NCBI GenBank assembly: GCA_977017575.1
Contig: CDRNVI010000038.1
Span: 75,127-139,126, forward strand
Reading direction: 5' to 3'
Origin: Paramoeba atlantica
Taxonomy: Eukaryota > Protista > Discosea
Length of the DNA stretch: 64,000 bases
Made by a program: the position numbers and the translations under genes. The notes below the pieces were generated by a model. The model worked only from the letters and a program-made list of their open reading frames with translations. It searched no databases and was not told the origin of the DNA. Below are positions 45,001-55,200 of this stretch, in pieces; positions within the stretch are counted from its first letter, which is position 1; each line of letters opens with the position of its first letter.

Positions 45001-46197
45001 TCTTCCCCAGCCGCCGCGAGATGCTGGAGCGCGCTGCGTCTGATGGAGTACAAGGTGTGTTTTTCTTTTAGAAGAGGGTGACGAGTAACAACTGGGATTT
45101 TTCTCAATCGCTGATCGATTTGGTGTAGCTTCACCCCGGGGAATAATTGCTGTTCGTTTGCCTCTCGTCTCCGCCATATCTGCTTCACCACAAGGTCGCT
45201 CCAAAATGCCGGAACGTACATTCTTACACAACGCGGACTTAAGCGTTCCGTGGTCGTGGTGTTTTTGCACATTTGGTACATCCATATACTTAATTGCAAT
45301 TCGTGGTTGTTCTCCATCATCGCTATATCGCATACTTTCTGGTTTATCAGGTCTCCTGGTCGCTGGCCCGAAAGCCAGTAGATTATCAGGAATGTTTTTT
45401 CCTCGTCGCAGAGACCCGGTCCGGCGAGGAAACTCTTCAAACCGGCTAGATCCATGGGACACGCTCTTATTGCTGGACTCGCCCTCCTGTGCATCGCTCC
45501 TTTGAGGGCTTCTATTTTCTTTAATGGGAGCGGCGATCCTCGCAAAGCGTATTCGTTCCCCAAATGGCAAAGGTATTGAGCAACGGTTTGTCCCTTTAAA
45601 CCTTCTGTTTCGTTCAGATGCACCGCAAATGCGGCTAGGTATATCACCTCCTCGAGGTAATGTCCGTAGTCTCGGAGCCGCCCCACATAACTTTGATACC
45701 GTAGCCATATGCGACGCATAATGTCCCTTGTTCCTTCCGCGAACTTCTCGCGAAAGACATTTTCGGCTTTCAAAACTTCTTGGCAGACTGTTTCTTCTGA
45801 TAATTGCTGTATAACTATATTTTTTGGTATTTTTGTTTGTAATAATGACCCCTCTTTTGGGAAAGATCGGCCGGCGCCGAGGAAACTTTGCATTAGGTGC
45901 ACTGTACGGTCTTCTCCCTCCCCGTACAGTTTGATGGGGCGTCCGGCCCCGGGGCCGAGTCACTGAGACCCGGCGATGTTGTGGCCGTTTCGGGAGGCCA
46001 TTCCCCGTCCGCCTCGGGCGCGCCCTACGCCTCGGAAAGGTCCTCGAAAACGCTCTCCGTACCCGCGCCCTCCTCCGTTTTTTGCGTTCATAGCGGCTCC
46101 TTGCGCGATCGACATATTTTGGTAATACGACATGGTCGCCTCGTGCGCCTGGGTATATTGATCGTCCATCGGGGCGCTCTGCGCAGTTTCTTTCCAA
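42007..46197 (-). CDS. YR-2 long ORF, C-terminal DIRS-type RT + RNase H
   Basis: TDGKSWYHQF, LPMGWQAS, FIDN; VDASDQGWG, KEL, SDN, DKPSR. The true start is uncertain; the N-terminal ~800 aa overlap gag and YR. Confidence 0.85.
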   Translation of the reverse strand: MERNCAERPDGRSIYPGARGDHVVLPKYVDRARSRYERKKRRRARVRRAFSRTFPRRRARPRRTGNGLPKRPQHRRVSVTRPRGRTPHQTVRGGRRPYSAPNAKFPRRRPIFPKRGVIITNKNTKKYSYTAIIRRNSLPRSFESRKCLSREVRGRNKGHYASHMATVSKLCGAAPRLRTLPRGGDIPSRICGASERNRRFKGTNRCSIPLPFGERIRFARIAAPIKENRSPQRSDAQEGESSNKSVSHGSSRFEEFPRRTGSLRRGKNIPDNLLAFGPATRRPDKPESMRYSDDGEQPRIAIKYMDVPNVQKHHDHGTLKSALCKNVRSGILERPCGEADMAETRGKRTAIIPRGEATPNRSAIEKNPSCYSSPSSKRKTHLVLHQTQRAPASRGGWGRCSSDTATDSARFRSFPAGVSRLVSRPKSDSGIRGVSKTRTIRSRAFRASYDADPGNLSQSSHDIPERRKARSRRAKNYPVGREKRIHTIRRDTPAARNYRGDGKHSNTAGKYSRVIEERGKTDERTQINSIRRSNDGSGHSIELLNTKRSVGNPAEGEPPQTPKLFKLCKQHTSNFHSALPQPNPSYRPTNTPRTNRRESSAADTSRITFSRANKHDPAVPPHVTRGRTFVNSRDDGRSFRNSRSSRINPAIPPHTTRGIPTTTTTTRGRSNATPHPDGRRSSTNSRFSTSEIRLSPPSHPLLHSSSAYPSTDATLSVPDHRARGATRNGRRRKPHMVSKRFLSRSSSHASEGFYHGHKSSEVPGPEIPSRPAESRLNRPVTNQKKEASYGERTCGLRERSGGGNIARGPVRSSDSAKRASLKEDEAQHRNGRACVAAPVGASTSPWEILYEFVAYPTYVNIHFPDNRRIQRGERTRPCERDWPLDAVSSARINLTELVRMAKEEDMSEEAELFDYIINPEKFMQLLKKFRDLRYRGESKKLGRVLREMLQAGILKRIPRRAVRVWMTSFLIPKVKKQSMRVILNAIPLNSMQEMVPGPLDLASLKDIETMVAKYNFFCETDGKSWYHQFVLPPKLLPYFAVRVKGRTYGWATLPMGWQASVKIGHAATNVLYQGIEKQRILTFIDNGYSFANDTETLTGDLQNIQQRADRAGAEILVTTQPTVSGTILGVHVDLQQKTLSLPVLFLQKLAALREAFQCLQRRRFFPSHRLIWKVLGTLFWATRILGIQQCQFLGVMLWVRGRSRRLAFDQSLWDKPCFMSKAFIADLVELIDTVEENRPRKVNEKSVASFEIFVDASDQGWGLAWTEHGDLKYKAGRFPFWLKDSSIAYKELYAAEQGMNLVRQKNLRNSTLISDNKNVVSWLTRWRAGPPKVMSWLKKLFWFKVKGYITEVMWCPSDRNLEDKPSRCIRLDDIPSQGGDRRGVERFRFRKTTNAI
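43515..45902 (-). CDS. YR-2 tyrosine recombinase with long Pro/Thr-rich C-terminal extension
   Basis: WLSGQRPGDL (R), MCK (K), HTLYSIRRSA (H/R), TRHVSEASLRAY (H, Y). Confidence 0.85.
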   Translation of the reverse strand: MHLMQSFLGAGRSFPKEGSLLQTKIPKNIVIQQLSEETVCQEVLKAENVFREKFAEGTRDIMRRIWLRYQSYVGRLRDYGHYLEEVIYLAAFAVHLNETEGLKGQTVAQYLCHLGNEYALRGSPLPLKKIEALKGAMHRRASPAIRACPMDLAGLKSFLAGPGLCDEEKTFLIIYWLSGQRPGDLINQKVCDIAMMENNHELQLSIWMYQMCKNTTTTERLSPRCVRMYVPAFWSDLVVKQIWRRREANEQQLFPGVKLHQIDQRLRKIPVVTRHPLLKEKHTLYSIRRSALQHLAAAGEDAVAIQQLTRHVSEASLRAYLGSFLDPRAIAGLEVSRKLGQYVAVPFEHPTTQTREICHNQATTSRREEKPDLDEPRTTLSEEKRGFTPSEETLLPLETIVETGSIQIQQESTPESLRKEVRPTNGPRSILSVDQTMGVVTQSNCSTPKDRWGILQRASLPRRLSFSSCVNNIRVISTPLCPSRTPRTDPPILPVPTGVSHRLQTPLESRFPEPTNTIPPSLLTSREEEPLLTPVMMEDHSETPDPRESIPPSLPTPLEAFQQQQQPREAGAMLPPIPMDEDHPRTPVSRLQKFDSHHLPTPYYTPHRHIPQQTLPYPYLTTEREVLREMGEGENPTWCRKDFSRGVVHMLPKGSITDTSPPKSRVPRYLVDPLKADLTAPLQTRKRKRAMEKELADYVNAVGEGTSLEDQYEVQTALNARHLKKTRLSTVMGEPASPHLSVRAPLRGKYCMNSSPTPPTSIYTSLTIDESSVEREPVPVNEIGRWTPSRPPESI

Positions 46198-46745
46198 TAG
46201 CGGCCGTATTCTCGACCAAACTTATGTTTGTAACGAAGATAGTGCAAATTCTCAAACGCGGGCTCCACTGAAACCATCGAAAACGGACGTCCTGCTCGCG
46301 CGTGCAACCCGCAATCTTGGAGGTGTTTCGAGATCGTGTCGAGACTTTCTCTCAAACTTATGGCATCCCCCGCAACCGCACCAGGATCTTTTGAGTTTCC
46401 AAATTGTTTGCGAATTTCATGCTCCAATCGTCCAATTAAATTGTCCCGGTATAGATCACTGCAGAAATGTCGGTATTCCCATTCTTTTGGTCGGAAAAGC
46501 TTTTCGTGGGGGAGGTCATGGGCCGCAGGATCATACCCGCCCGGCGCCGACACACTCTTTGCTGCCATTCCCAGAGCTTCCCGAATTTGCGCGGATTGCC
46601 GCTCCACCGTAGCTTCCAACATACCGATGCGCTCTTGATCAATCTTCGTTGACGCCATGAGTTCCTCCATACGCTGCATCATTCTGGTATTATCCCCCAA
46701 CTGCTGGATCACATCTCTCGGAGAGGGTGGCTGACCTTCGGCCAT
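45960..46745 (-). CDS. YR-2 gag-like protein
   Basis: First ORF, ATG 15 nt inside the element; homologous to the N-terminus of 5653..8556; RG-rich tail. Confidence 0.75.
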   Translation of the reverse strand: MAEGQPPSPRDVIQQLGDNTRMMQRMEELMASTKIDQERIGMLEATVERQSAQIREALGMAAKSVSAPGGYDPAAHDLPHEKLFRPKEWEYRHFCSDLYRDNLIGRLEHEIRKQFGNSKDPGAVAGDAISLRESLDTISKHLQDCGLHARAGRPFSMVSVEPAFENLHYLRYKHKFGREYGRYWKETAQSAPMDDQYTQAHEATMSYYQNMSIAQGAAMNAKNGGGRGYGERFRGPFRGVGRARGGRGMASRNGHNIAGSQ

Positions 46746-46877
46746 GGAAATGGACGATTAGTTAGTAGTTTTCCGAAAACGAAAGCGTTCTAAAATATAT
46801 ATATATCTTTCGGAAAACCCCAACAGAAATACTCTGATTTTTTTATGCTATAAAAAATCCATTTATACTAAATTATC

Positions 46878-49800
46878 TTTTTTTTTTTTTTCCAAGCCGT
46901 TACTAGGGCAATTTCACGATCTAGAGACACTAGGTAAAGCTTTTCATTTTTTTTTTTCTTTTTTCTTCTCTCAATTTACGAAGAGAAATCTACACCTACA
47001 ACAGGCGAACAGCAACCCAACTATCCAAGAACTATCCAATAAGATTTTCTTTCTCTTTTTCTTTTTCTCTTTATGATGATGAAACATGGACTTTATATAT
47101 TTTGTTTTGTAATTTTATCGCTTCAATGGAAGTTTGCAGCTCGGGTGGCGAGGTGCGCTAAGCCCCAACGCTTCTACTCTAAACTAACAGCCTAAACTAC
47201 TGATTTACACTAGAAGCGCCCCTGGCCATATCGACGTGGATTTCGCTAAGTTCGTCAACCATCCGTTCGAAATAATACATTTTTTATATCTTTCTTCATC
47301 AATAGGATACCTTTCTTTTTATTATAAGTAACGATAATCTCTGGAGTAAATCTCCCACAATAAAGCGGGAAGTTGAAATGTTGTCTTTTATCTATTATAA
47401 ACTAAATTCTAGAGTGTCACGGTTTCCATCAAGATATTTTCGAAGTTGAGAGTATACTTCGATACCGTTCAACTCCTGCACCAAAAGCTTGAAATCCAAT
47501 TCCGCCAGTTGACGATCAATTCCTGCTGCATCAGCTAGAACTTGGATTAGTCTTTGAGTGTTTCGGTGGAGAGCACCCCCGGACAACACTGGCAGACACT
47601 CGAAGCATTCCTCCCTTATGAGTTCGGTTTTAACGTATGTGTTGATTTTCTTTTTGATAGCTTCGTTCATTAGTTGGGTGCACTTTTTGGAGCGATTCGT
47701 GACTGAGAGCTCGTGTATGACCGTAAGGTCATAAAAGACTTCGCCAGTATTCCAGTAAATGACCAGGTCCGGACCAGAGCGGCATAGACGCCTTCCAGCG
47801 CATACTTTCTGGTGCGTTGATCGATTTTCTGGGTTAATGCTAATTCCGCATGTCAGACATTTCCAGGAAGAGAAAGCTCTGGGCTCTTTTTCGCAGGGTA
47901 AACCCGCTTTGTGGCAAAGACGTTGTATAAAAGTTACGAGCGAATTGTGTTTCATCGTTGTGTTAAATCCGGAGCATTGGGAGCAGCCTGGGATATGAAA
48001 AAGAGCGCTTCGATTATTCAGTATCATACTGCATCCGGGGCATAGAAGGCTTGAGGGAAGGTCTTGATGGTGAGCATTAAGTCTGGGCATAATGGCAAGC
48101 TTGAACAGATGAGACGGTATGTATCGGGCGTGTGACAGAAGCCAGTCGTTATTTCCTTTAAATGAGTTCGCTTGCAAGATTGGTTTGAGTTCGGGGTCCT
48201 GTTGCAACTCTTTCAGAGCTTCATCGTGGTGAATTGCGTTGGCTGTCTGGTTGTCAACTGGTGTAATTTTTAGGTTAGTTGCTTTCGGAATGCAAGGGTG
48301 TGCGGTTGCCATGTCTTTGTCGGTCCGAACTGAAGATGAACTTTGGTGCTCAAGAACCGAAAAGCGCGAGGCCTCATAAGCATTCTCAAGATGAGGGTTG
48401 TACGCCGTTAAACCGAAACCGTCTCACAGTTTCTCCTTGTATTATTCACAATCGAAGAATTCGTGTTGCGATCCGTAATACAGCTGATTTATTTTCGCTG
48501 CTTTTTGTATTAAGACAGATAAGTGCGCGGACTATTCCTTTTAAATCCGAGTACAAGGACATTACCATCCTAGTAAGCGCTGGTCCGACATGAAAAGCAT
48601 TCAAGGAAAAACAAAAAAAAACGAAACACATTCCTGCCATTGTTCCTTCATATCGCATAGTCTGTACCCCGTTTGTCCTTCTCAAGAAAGGATCTCAGCT
48701 GCGAATATACAACAGCTCCATTCAACTCTTGAAGACAGAGTTGAAACTCCATCTGCGTCTGTTTTCGAGGCAGGCAACCGAAACCTCCCTTTTTGACTGG
48801 TAAGCGCATAATTTTCTTCTGTGACGAGGAAAGGGATCCCACCCAAGCTTCCACAATACTTTCAACCTGGTGGTCGAACTGCAAGGATGCTTTATCCGTT
48901 GCATTCGCTTCATGCACCCTCATCAAATACTGTAGCCTAACGTTTACGCATTTGGATAACAACAACAGGGAGATGTTGTTTATTCCCATTTTCTTTAGTC
49001 GCCGAAACCCGGTTTCGTATTTGCTAATTTGCCGAAGCAGACGTTCACTGACCGTTTCGTTGTCGCCGATATGAGCTCCCAGTATTTTTATGGCCTCCGT
49101 CTCTGTCTTGACTCCCTGTTCGTGGAGGGCCATTGGGATTCCATGATCTGAAGTTCCTTGATACCACACGCATTTTGATTCAGCTAATAGTACTCGTTTA
49201 TCTTTCAACAGGTCTTTTAATCTGAAGAACGCCTTCTCCAGATTAGAAGGGTCACGAGAAACAAGCGTAATGTCGTCGATGTACGCGTTTATTTCTACTG
49301 CGGGGTATTCTGAAGCGAGCGTTTCGAGTATGGGTTGGCAGAAGACACAGAAATACAGACTTGCCAGAGCAGAGCCCTGTCTCACACCAGCCGAACTCGG
49401 AATAATGCCAGCCAAATTCCCATCAGACCCGTAGTAGAGTAGATCGGAAGGCTTTGAGTATTCTGCTGCGAAGAATCTTTGGAAGGGTTTTAGGGTTGCA
49501 AAAGCGAAAACGCTTTTTGCCAGTTCGTTTCTGGATGGTGTATTAAATGCATTTTTCATATCAACTGATAATATTGTATGTCCATCTAGGTAGCGATCGC
49601 GTAACTTGTGTACAATTCTCTCGCATCCGGCTTGCGAAAAGACTCCCTGTTGCATGGGTGAGAATAACGGCTCAAGCGTTTTTTCATATCTTTGAAGAAG
49701 TATTAAGCCCGCCAGTTTGCCGAAAATTTCGCCGATAGCTACGGGGAACTCCACCGTCTGGCTTTGCAATTGCTACGAGACGAGCCCTATTCAGTCGCTG

Positions 49801-49905
49801 CATCACTTGGCGCGAGAGAAACCCGTTGATAAGGTCTCCCATCATGTGGCACAGACTGTTGCAACAAGGTTCATCGTCAATGAGCAACCTAATAACGCTA
49901 TTTAT
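46878..49905 (-). mobile_element. 5'-truncated CRE-like element family D
   Basis: T15 at 46878-46892; RT 48786-49890 (frameshift ~49745) and CCHC-RLE 47395..48410; 5' end approximate. Confidence 0.8.
48421..48775 (-). mobile_element. 355-bp 5'-truncated retrocopy of another CRE-like family (G) inside D, 10-bp TSD
   Basis: aaccgaaacc at 48411-48420 and 48776-48785; encodes the last ~40 codons (LQELNGAVVYSQLR) plus 3'UTR; removal restores KKGGFGLTAY. Confidence 0.8.
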
Positions 49906-50482
49906 ATACTATTTCGTATTAAGAATCCTTTTATAAATAAAATATCTTTTTTTTTTTGACGAAGCTGACTATATTTAGATATATTCGCCATCATTTGTGC
50001 AAAGGGGCGATTATTCGAAATTTTTGATTTTGCTAATTTTTTTTTTCTAATTATGTAAAGGGAAGGGTAGTGGTCCAAAATTTTCGAGTTGCAAAGTAAA
50101 GCAAAAGCTTTATTAACTTTTGCAAAAAGTTTTAACTCATGGAAATTGTTTCTAATGTTCAATAAAATAAAATCTTATATTTCGTCTGAACGATTACCTG
50201 ACTTTCCGAGTATAATTACTAACACAAGTTTACATTTTTGTCATTGTGATATTTGTCCTTCAGGAATATAACCATAAAGTAAAGTGCTCAGTTTGCGTTT
50301 ACTGGGAAAGATTAGTTGTGTTAATAAAACCGTTTAAGGAAAGATTAGTTACTTAGTCCGCCTATCCAGTTGCAGTGTGGGATCACGTCTCTTAGTATGG
50401 AGCATAATGTTTGCCCTCCTGAATTTCAAATCGTAAACTTATAGAAATCCAGGTCGGGCTGCTCATAAAACATCTAGTAGAA

Positions 50483-51420
50483 CTAGTATTGCGGTGGTTG
50501 TAAAACTACCGCTCTACACTCGATTATTGAAAAAAAAGTGAACAAAAACAGTGAAAATATAAAGAGGAACACAGTAATATAATAGAAGAAAAAAATATAA
50601 AAGGGGGCTCCGGTGGTCCAAAACTGAAAAAAAAATTTGAAAAAAATGGGGGGTCCATGGGGGGGGTCCATGGGGGGGGTCCAGGGGGGGGGTCCAGGGG
50701 GGGGGTCCAGGGGGGGGGGGCATGGTCGAGCAAATTTTTTCGAAAAAATTAGTTTTCGAAAAAAAACCGCAGAACGGGTAGCCGGGGTCTTGGCGCGCAT
50801 TTTCCACCCCCCTACCCGGGGGTGACCCCCCCGCGTATCGGCAGGACGGGTCCGCCAAGTTCGGATTTTTTCGGAAAATTTTTTTTGAAAAAAATTTCAA
50901 CTTGGCGAAAAAAATGACAAAAAAACTATTTTTCCAAAATCGTTTCCCCTATTGTATTTTGATAGTTTGGGACCTACACTAGCTTTCTACGCAGTTGTTT
51001 TCGCAAGGTATCACTTCTTCAAACTGTGGTGCGCCCCCCAAAATGACCCATTTTTGACTAAAAAAGGTGAAAAAGTATTTTTCGGACCTAAAGGGGCATT
51101 TTTGTGTCGAAAGAATGGTATGGTTGGAGTCGCATTCTCTACCCAATACGTTCGGTAGGCTTCCATTCATGCCTCCGAGTGATTTGCCACGCGCAAATGT
51201 CGGATTTAGTGCTCTGAGAGCAAAAATATGCGAAAATGACCCCATTTGTACCCGAAATTCGGCTATTTTTGGCTATAATCTTTCCGTTTTCCAGGCTAAA
51301 TTTTCTTTTTTAGGCTCTTCGTTAAACGCGGCGGTAGTTTTCAACGCGAAGCGCGCAGCATGAGTGACTTCTAAGTTGAAAGCAACCACCGCGTTTAACG
51401 AAGAGCCTAAAAAAGAAAAT
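50483..51420 (-). mobile_element. H2: inverted copy of the H element, ending stem-loop-aataCTAG
   Basis: Reverse complement of H1 including the full hairpin; CTAG at 50483-50486 directly after the 3' stem-loop. Confidence 0.65.
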
Positions 51421-51711
51421 ATAAAAATATATGGAAGCAATAATAAGAAATTTGAAGAGTGCTGATTTCTCAATGATCTTACGAAGATATATCTTTCCTG
51501 TAGTGTATTTATGGAAATAAACCCAAGAGACTAAGTGAGATCGTCATAACCTATCATAATCAATGTTAAAAGAGTACCAAATAAACTAATAACGTTGTGA
51601 ACGGGAATGCCCGTCTGCGCAACCCGCAGCCAACCAACCCGATCACTAGTCACATTTAACACTACCCGAGCACTCGTGATATTCCTTGGGGAACTTCTCC
51701 TAAGTCCCAGG

Positions 51712-52015
51712 CTAAAATTTCCTGCTAATCGGGTCTGCTGGATTCTCTGACGAGGCCATGTAACGTGCCTGAATGCATATCCCTTTCTTTTTCGCTTCCT
51801 CTAAAACCATGCGCAATTGACGTGCAATATTGTCCGACTTAGAAGTTTTCCTATTCAGTGCCTCTTTACATGAAGTGTTGTCCACAAAAAGATCCAGGCA
51901 CGTTCCGCTTTCAAAATGCTCACCGAATTCTTCAAGAGCCAACCTTACAGCCGTAGCTTCAGCATTGTTTACTTCATACGTTGTTCCGGCTTCCCATGAG
52001 AACCTTTCTTTTTAG
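51712..52015 (-). pseudogene. RNase H C-terminal fragment of a YR-3-related retroelement
   Basis: LFVDNTSC...NPADPISR closely matches YR-3 LFVDNTSC...NPADPYSR. Confidence 0.8.
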
Positions 52016-52174
52016 AGACGTGTTCACATATCGCACATATGTCCCGTATCCCAAAATATCACGAATGTTCACGTATCACATAAACTTCCCGTATCCCAAT
52101 ATTTTTTTTTGACCATCGTTTTTGTAAGACCTTCGTTTTTGTAACTAATGTTAACATTTTTTTTTTTTCATTAT

Positions 52175-52295
52175 ATTTCTTTTTTAGGCTCTTCGTTAAA
52201 CGCGGTGGTTGCTTTCAACTTAGAAGTCACTCATGCTGCGCTATTCGCGTTGAAAACTACCGCCGCGTTTAACGAAGAGCCTAAAAAAGAAAATT
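52175..52295. repeat. Isolated H-type hairpin abutting the truncated Helitron ORF (second copy 59368-59488)
   Basis: Same arms as 17883-18007, loop variant gcgctattcgc. Confidence 0.85.
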
Positions 52296-55200
52296 GGCCA
52301 GGGACGCGGAAGAAAACGGTATGAATCCAGCATTCTTTGCAAATCGGGAATCCGATTGCTCTAGAATTTCCTTGATTTCATATAGTTCAAACGTTGAACC
52401 CTTAAAAGGGTACTTTTGCATCAGCGTCGGAAATGCTCCGAGCAAGATGTTTTCCATGTCGGTATACTCATTGAGTAAACCTTCTTTTTGTTTCAGTTGC
52501 ATCGCCACGGCATGCGTAATTTGCGCACCCGCCGGCGCATTGCTTACAGGGCTGTGATCAGTTACAAAAGATCGTGTGATCTCACCGAGAGGATCGCGAT
52601 GTAACGTATCGGAAGCCACTGCTTGGGTGACCATACTGTTGATGGCGTTTTCACCCTCCTGGGAAACAGATCTATCCCAAAGATGTGAGACAACGTCTCT
52701 ACAATGTTGCTCGGTAACAACGTTGATCTTTCCTTCCTCTTTCAGTTGAGCATACACGTGGTTATGCTCACAGAGGAAGTGTACCCAGGTGTTCAGGGTC
52801 TCTGATTTCACGCCGAATATGCCACTCAGCTGTGCAGAACATAGTCTTTGACTACGTTTCGTTCTCCGTTCGTTGGCTATCCAAACAATTTGGATGTTCT
52901 TAATCGCGCCCTCGAGATCAGGAACTCTTTCGAGTTGCAAGAGCTCAAGGGTTTCGCGTGCTGTAGCCGTCACGTGTCCAGTGAACTTCGTGTCTGGCCT
53001 TAAGGATGCGGCATATGCGCCACCTTTCCTATGTACACTGATGATTGTGCAGTGTAAAAACACCTTTTGAAGAAGGATCTCTTCTACCAGCGTGGGTACT
53101 GGAAGGTGATTTGTAGAAGGTTGTTCTACTGGACCGCGGGGAATTCTCCCTTTTTTGTCCATTATTCTTTGATCCCTTGCACAAAGTTGCGCTTCGGGAT
53201 TCGGAAGGTCACTTTCGAGAAGAATAACTTTACAAGAATCACAACTTGTGATACGTTGGTCGTCGTTCATTCTCTTTTTGTACCTTTTCATGCACTCTTC
53301 TTGAGCTTCCGTACTGACTGAAAAATCTTCCAAAGGAAGACGATCAATGTAGGAAGTCTCATAGAAGTATTTTAGTGCGTCTTTTGGATTGCGCTCAATG
53401 TCAAAACGTGTTCGACGTGAGCCATCTCCATTGACTTCGTATGTGTCAAAATTGACAATACATTTCGCGATGCAACATCGTTCAAGCCAGTACCGAAGTT
53501 CATTGGCTGAAGATTCTTTGCATATTTCGTTTGTGTGAAAGATGGTATTTTCACACATCTGCATGATAGCATATGCTGCACTGTCAATAGTGCTAGCATT
53601 CGTCACATTCGTGACAGTTGCTTGATTCAAAATTGAAACAATTTCATTTTCAAGAGAGGGACTCGTAATAAACGTATAAACGTTCTTTTCACCCTTCTTT
53701 TTCAAGGAAACAAGGACCCATATGGGCCCCGATGATTCATCTGTTTCCAAGTATGTAAATATGTGTAAACCCACACGGTTCCTTGAAGTGAACTTGTCAC
53801 ATTCATTGAATGGACATACTTTCACAGGAAATCGTCGTGTGTTAATGGTTTTACATAATACATTTTCCACAAAGTAGAGAATCTCTACTGATTTTAGTGG
53901 ATGATCTAGCCTTGTGAATGCTTCTTTGGTACGCTTTTCTTGTGGATACAAAGTGAGGGGTATAACCCCCACTTCGCCTTTTTCCAGTGAAGCTTCGAGC
54001 CACTTCCAGAGTGATAAAAGTTTATCACGTTCTGTCAGTTTCGGCCAATCACGGTCTTGCGTGATAGTGTAGGCTATGGCTCCCAGGGAGAGCTCACCTT
54101 CATCGTTTCCTACTAAAGGAACTGGCGTAGTAGCCATGTTTCCAATATTGTAGACGGTTCGAATTGCCGCTATCTGTGTTTCCATAGAAGCTGCGCAATT
54201 ATATGTGAACACTCGTCGTTTAGTCAGACATACCATGGCGAGAGAATCGCCATTGCCTTTAACGTAAACGACGTTATGTCCATCACGATGTCTCTGAATA
54301 GAGCATCTTTTATCTCCATCGCTTTGGAGGGTTTCATCACAAACAATGTGTGAATTGATGAGAATATTCTCAATCAGTTGAAAAGATGTGAGTGTTAGCG
54401 TGGAGCATTGCTTCACACGTTCCAGCTCATCATCCTGCGATACTGCATGAGCTCTGTTGCGCTCAGCTTGTGTGATCCGAAGTCGAAAAGCCCGAGCTTC
54501 AGCATGCCGCGGATGGCGGTAAAAATGCTTTTGAAGCCCCTTAAACGTGAACATTTGTTCGGTAGCGCACAAAGTGCATTTGAACTTGTTCTGTTCGCAG
54601 GGGAGGGCAAATTCGATCCAGTCGACTTTTGTTTGAACATAACGTGTATGCTCACTTGACACCAAATGGTATTCATCTGCCGGGATAATACCCGTTGTTC
54701 CTTGAATCTGTGCGAAATACGTACATACTTCGCACAGAGGAACATTCATATCAGTTAGGAGCACCTGTGAAGGGTGTCCCATACTGAGTATGTGTCGCAT
54801 CATAGATTTGACACTTAGTTTGCGTATGGCGTGCAGTGCGCATACATACGATCCATCAGAGAAACTTACGTGAAGCTCCCATTTCGGATGTAGATACGCC
54901 ATTTCCCGATGTTTCAGAGAATTCGCGTGATTAGTATTCACCATGACTGGCGGGAAATCTTGCAAGATAGCAAAGTAATTGCAAGGAATACATAAATGCA
55001 TTCCTTCGCAATGTTGTGCTACATGCTTCGTTATAGCCTCTTTTTCAAGAGGTGTTTCAGAACACCCAGGCAGTTTGCACTGGTATATGTTTTCTGTTTC
55101 AAGGACGTTTTCTGTCCAAAATGCGTACCACTGCTTGTGCTCAGAGCACTTCGCAGGATTGTGCTTCTTGGGCACACGCCCCGCATCAAAGAATGAACAA

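Larger units (their letters stand above)
42046..46760 (-). mobile_element. YR-2: tyrosine-recombinase retroelement without terminal repeats, flanked by a 30-bp direct repeat
   Basis: gttagtagttttccgaaaacgaaagcgttc at 42016-42045 and 46761-46790; three overlapping intact ORFs. Confidence 0.9.

Noticed and set aside
49891-49910. taacgctatttata resembling the 5' part of a kinetoplastid spliced leader
   Set aside because: It is largely the reverse strand of family D coding sequence (VIRLLIDDE); short and AT-rich.
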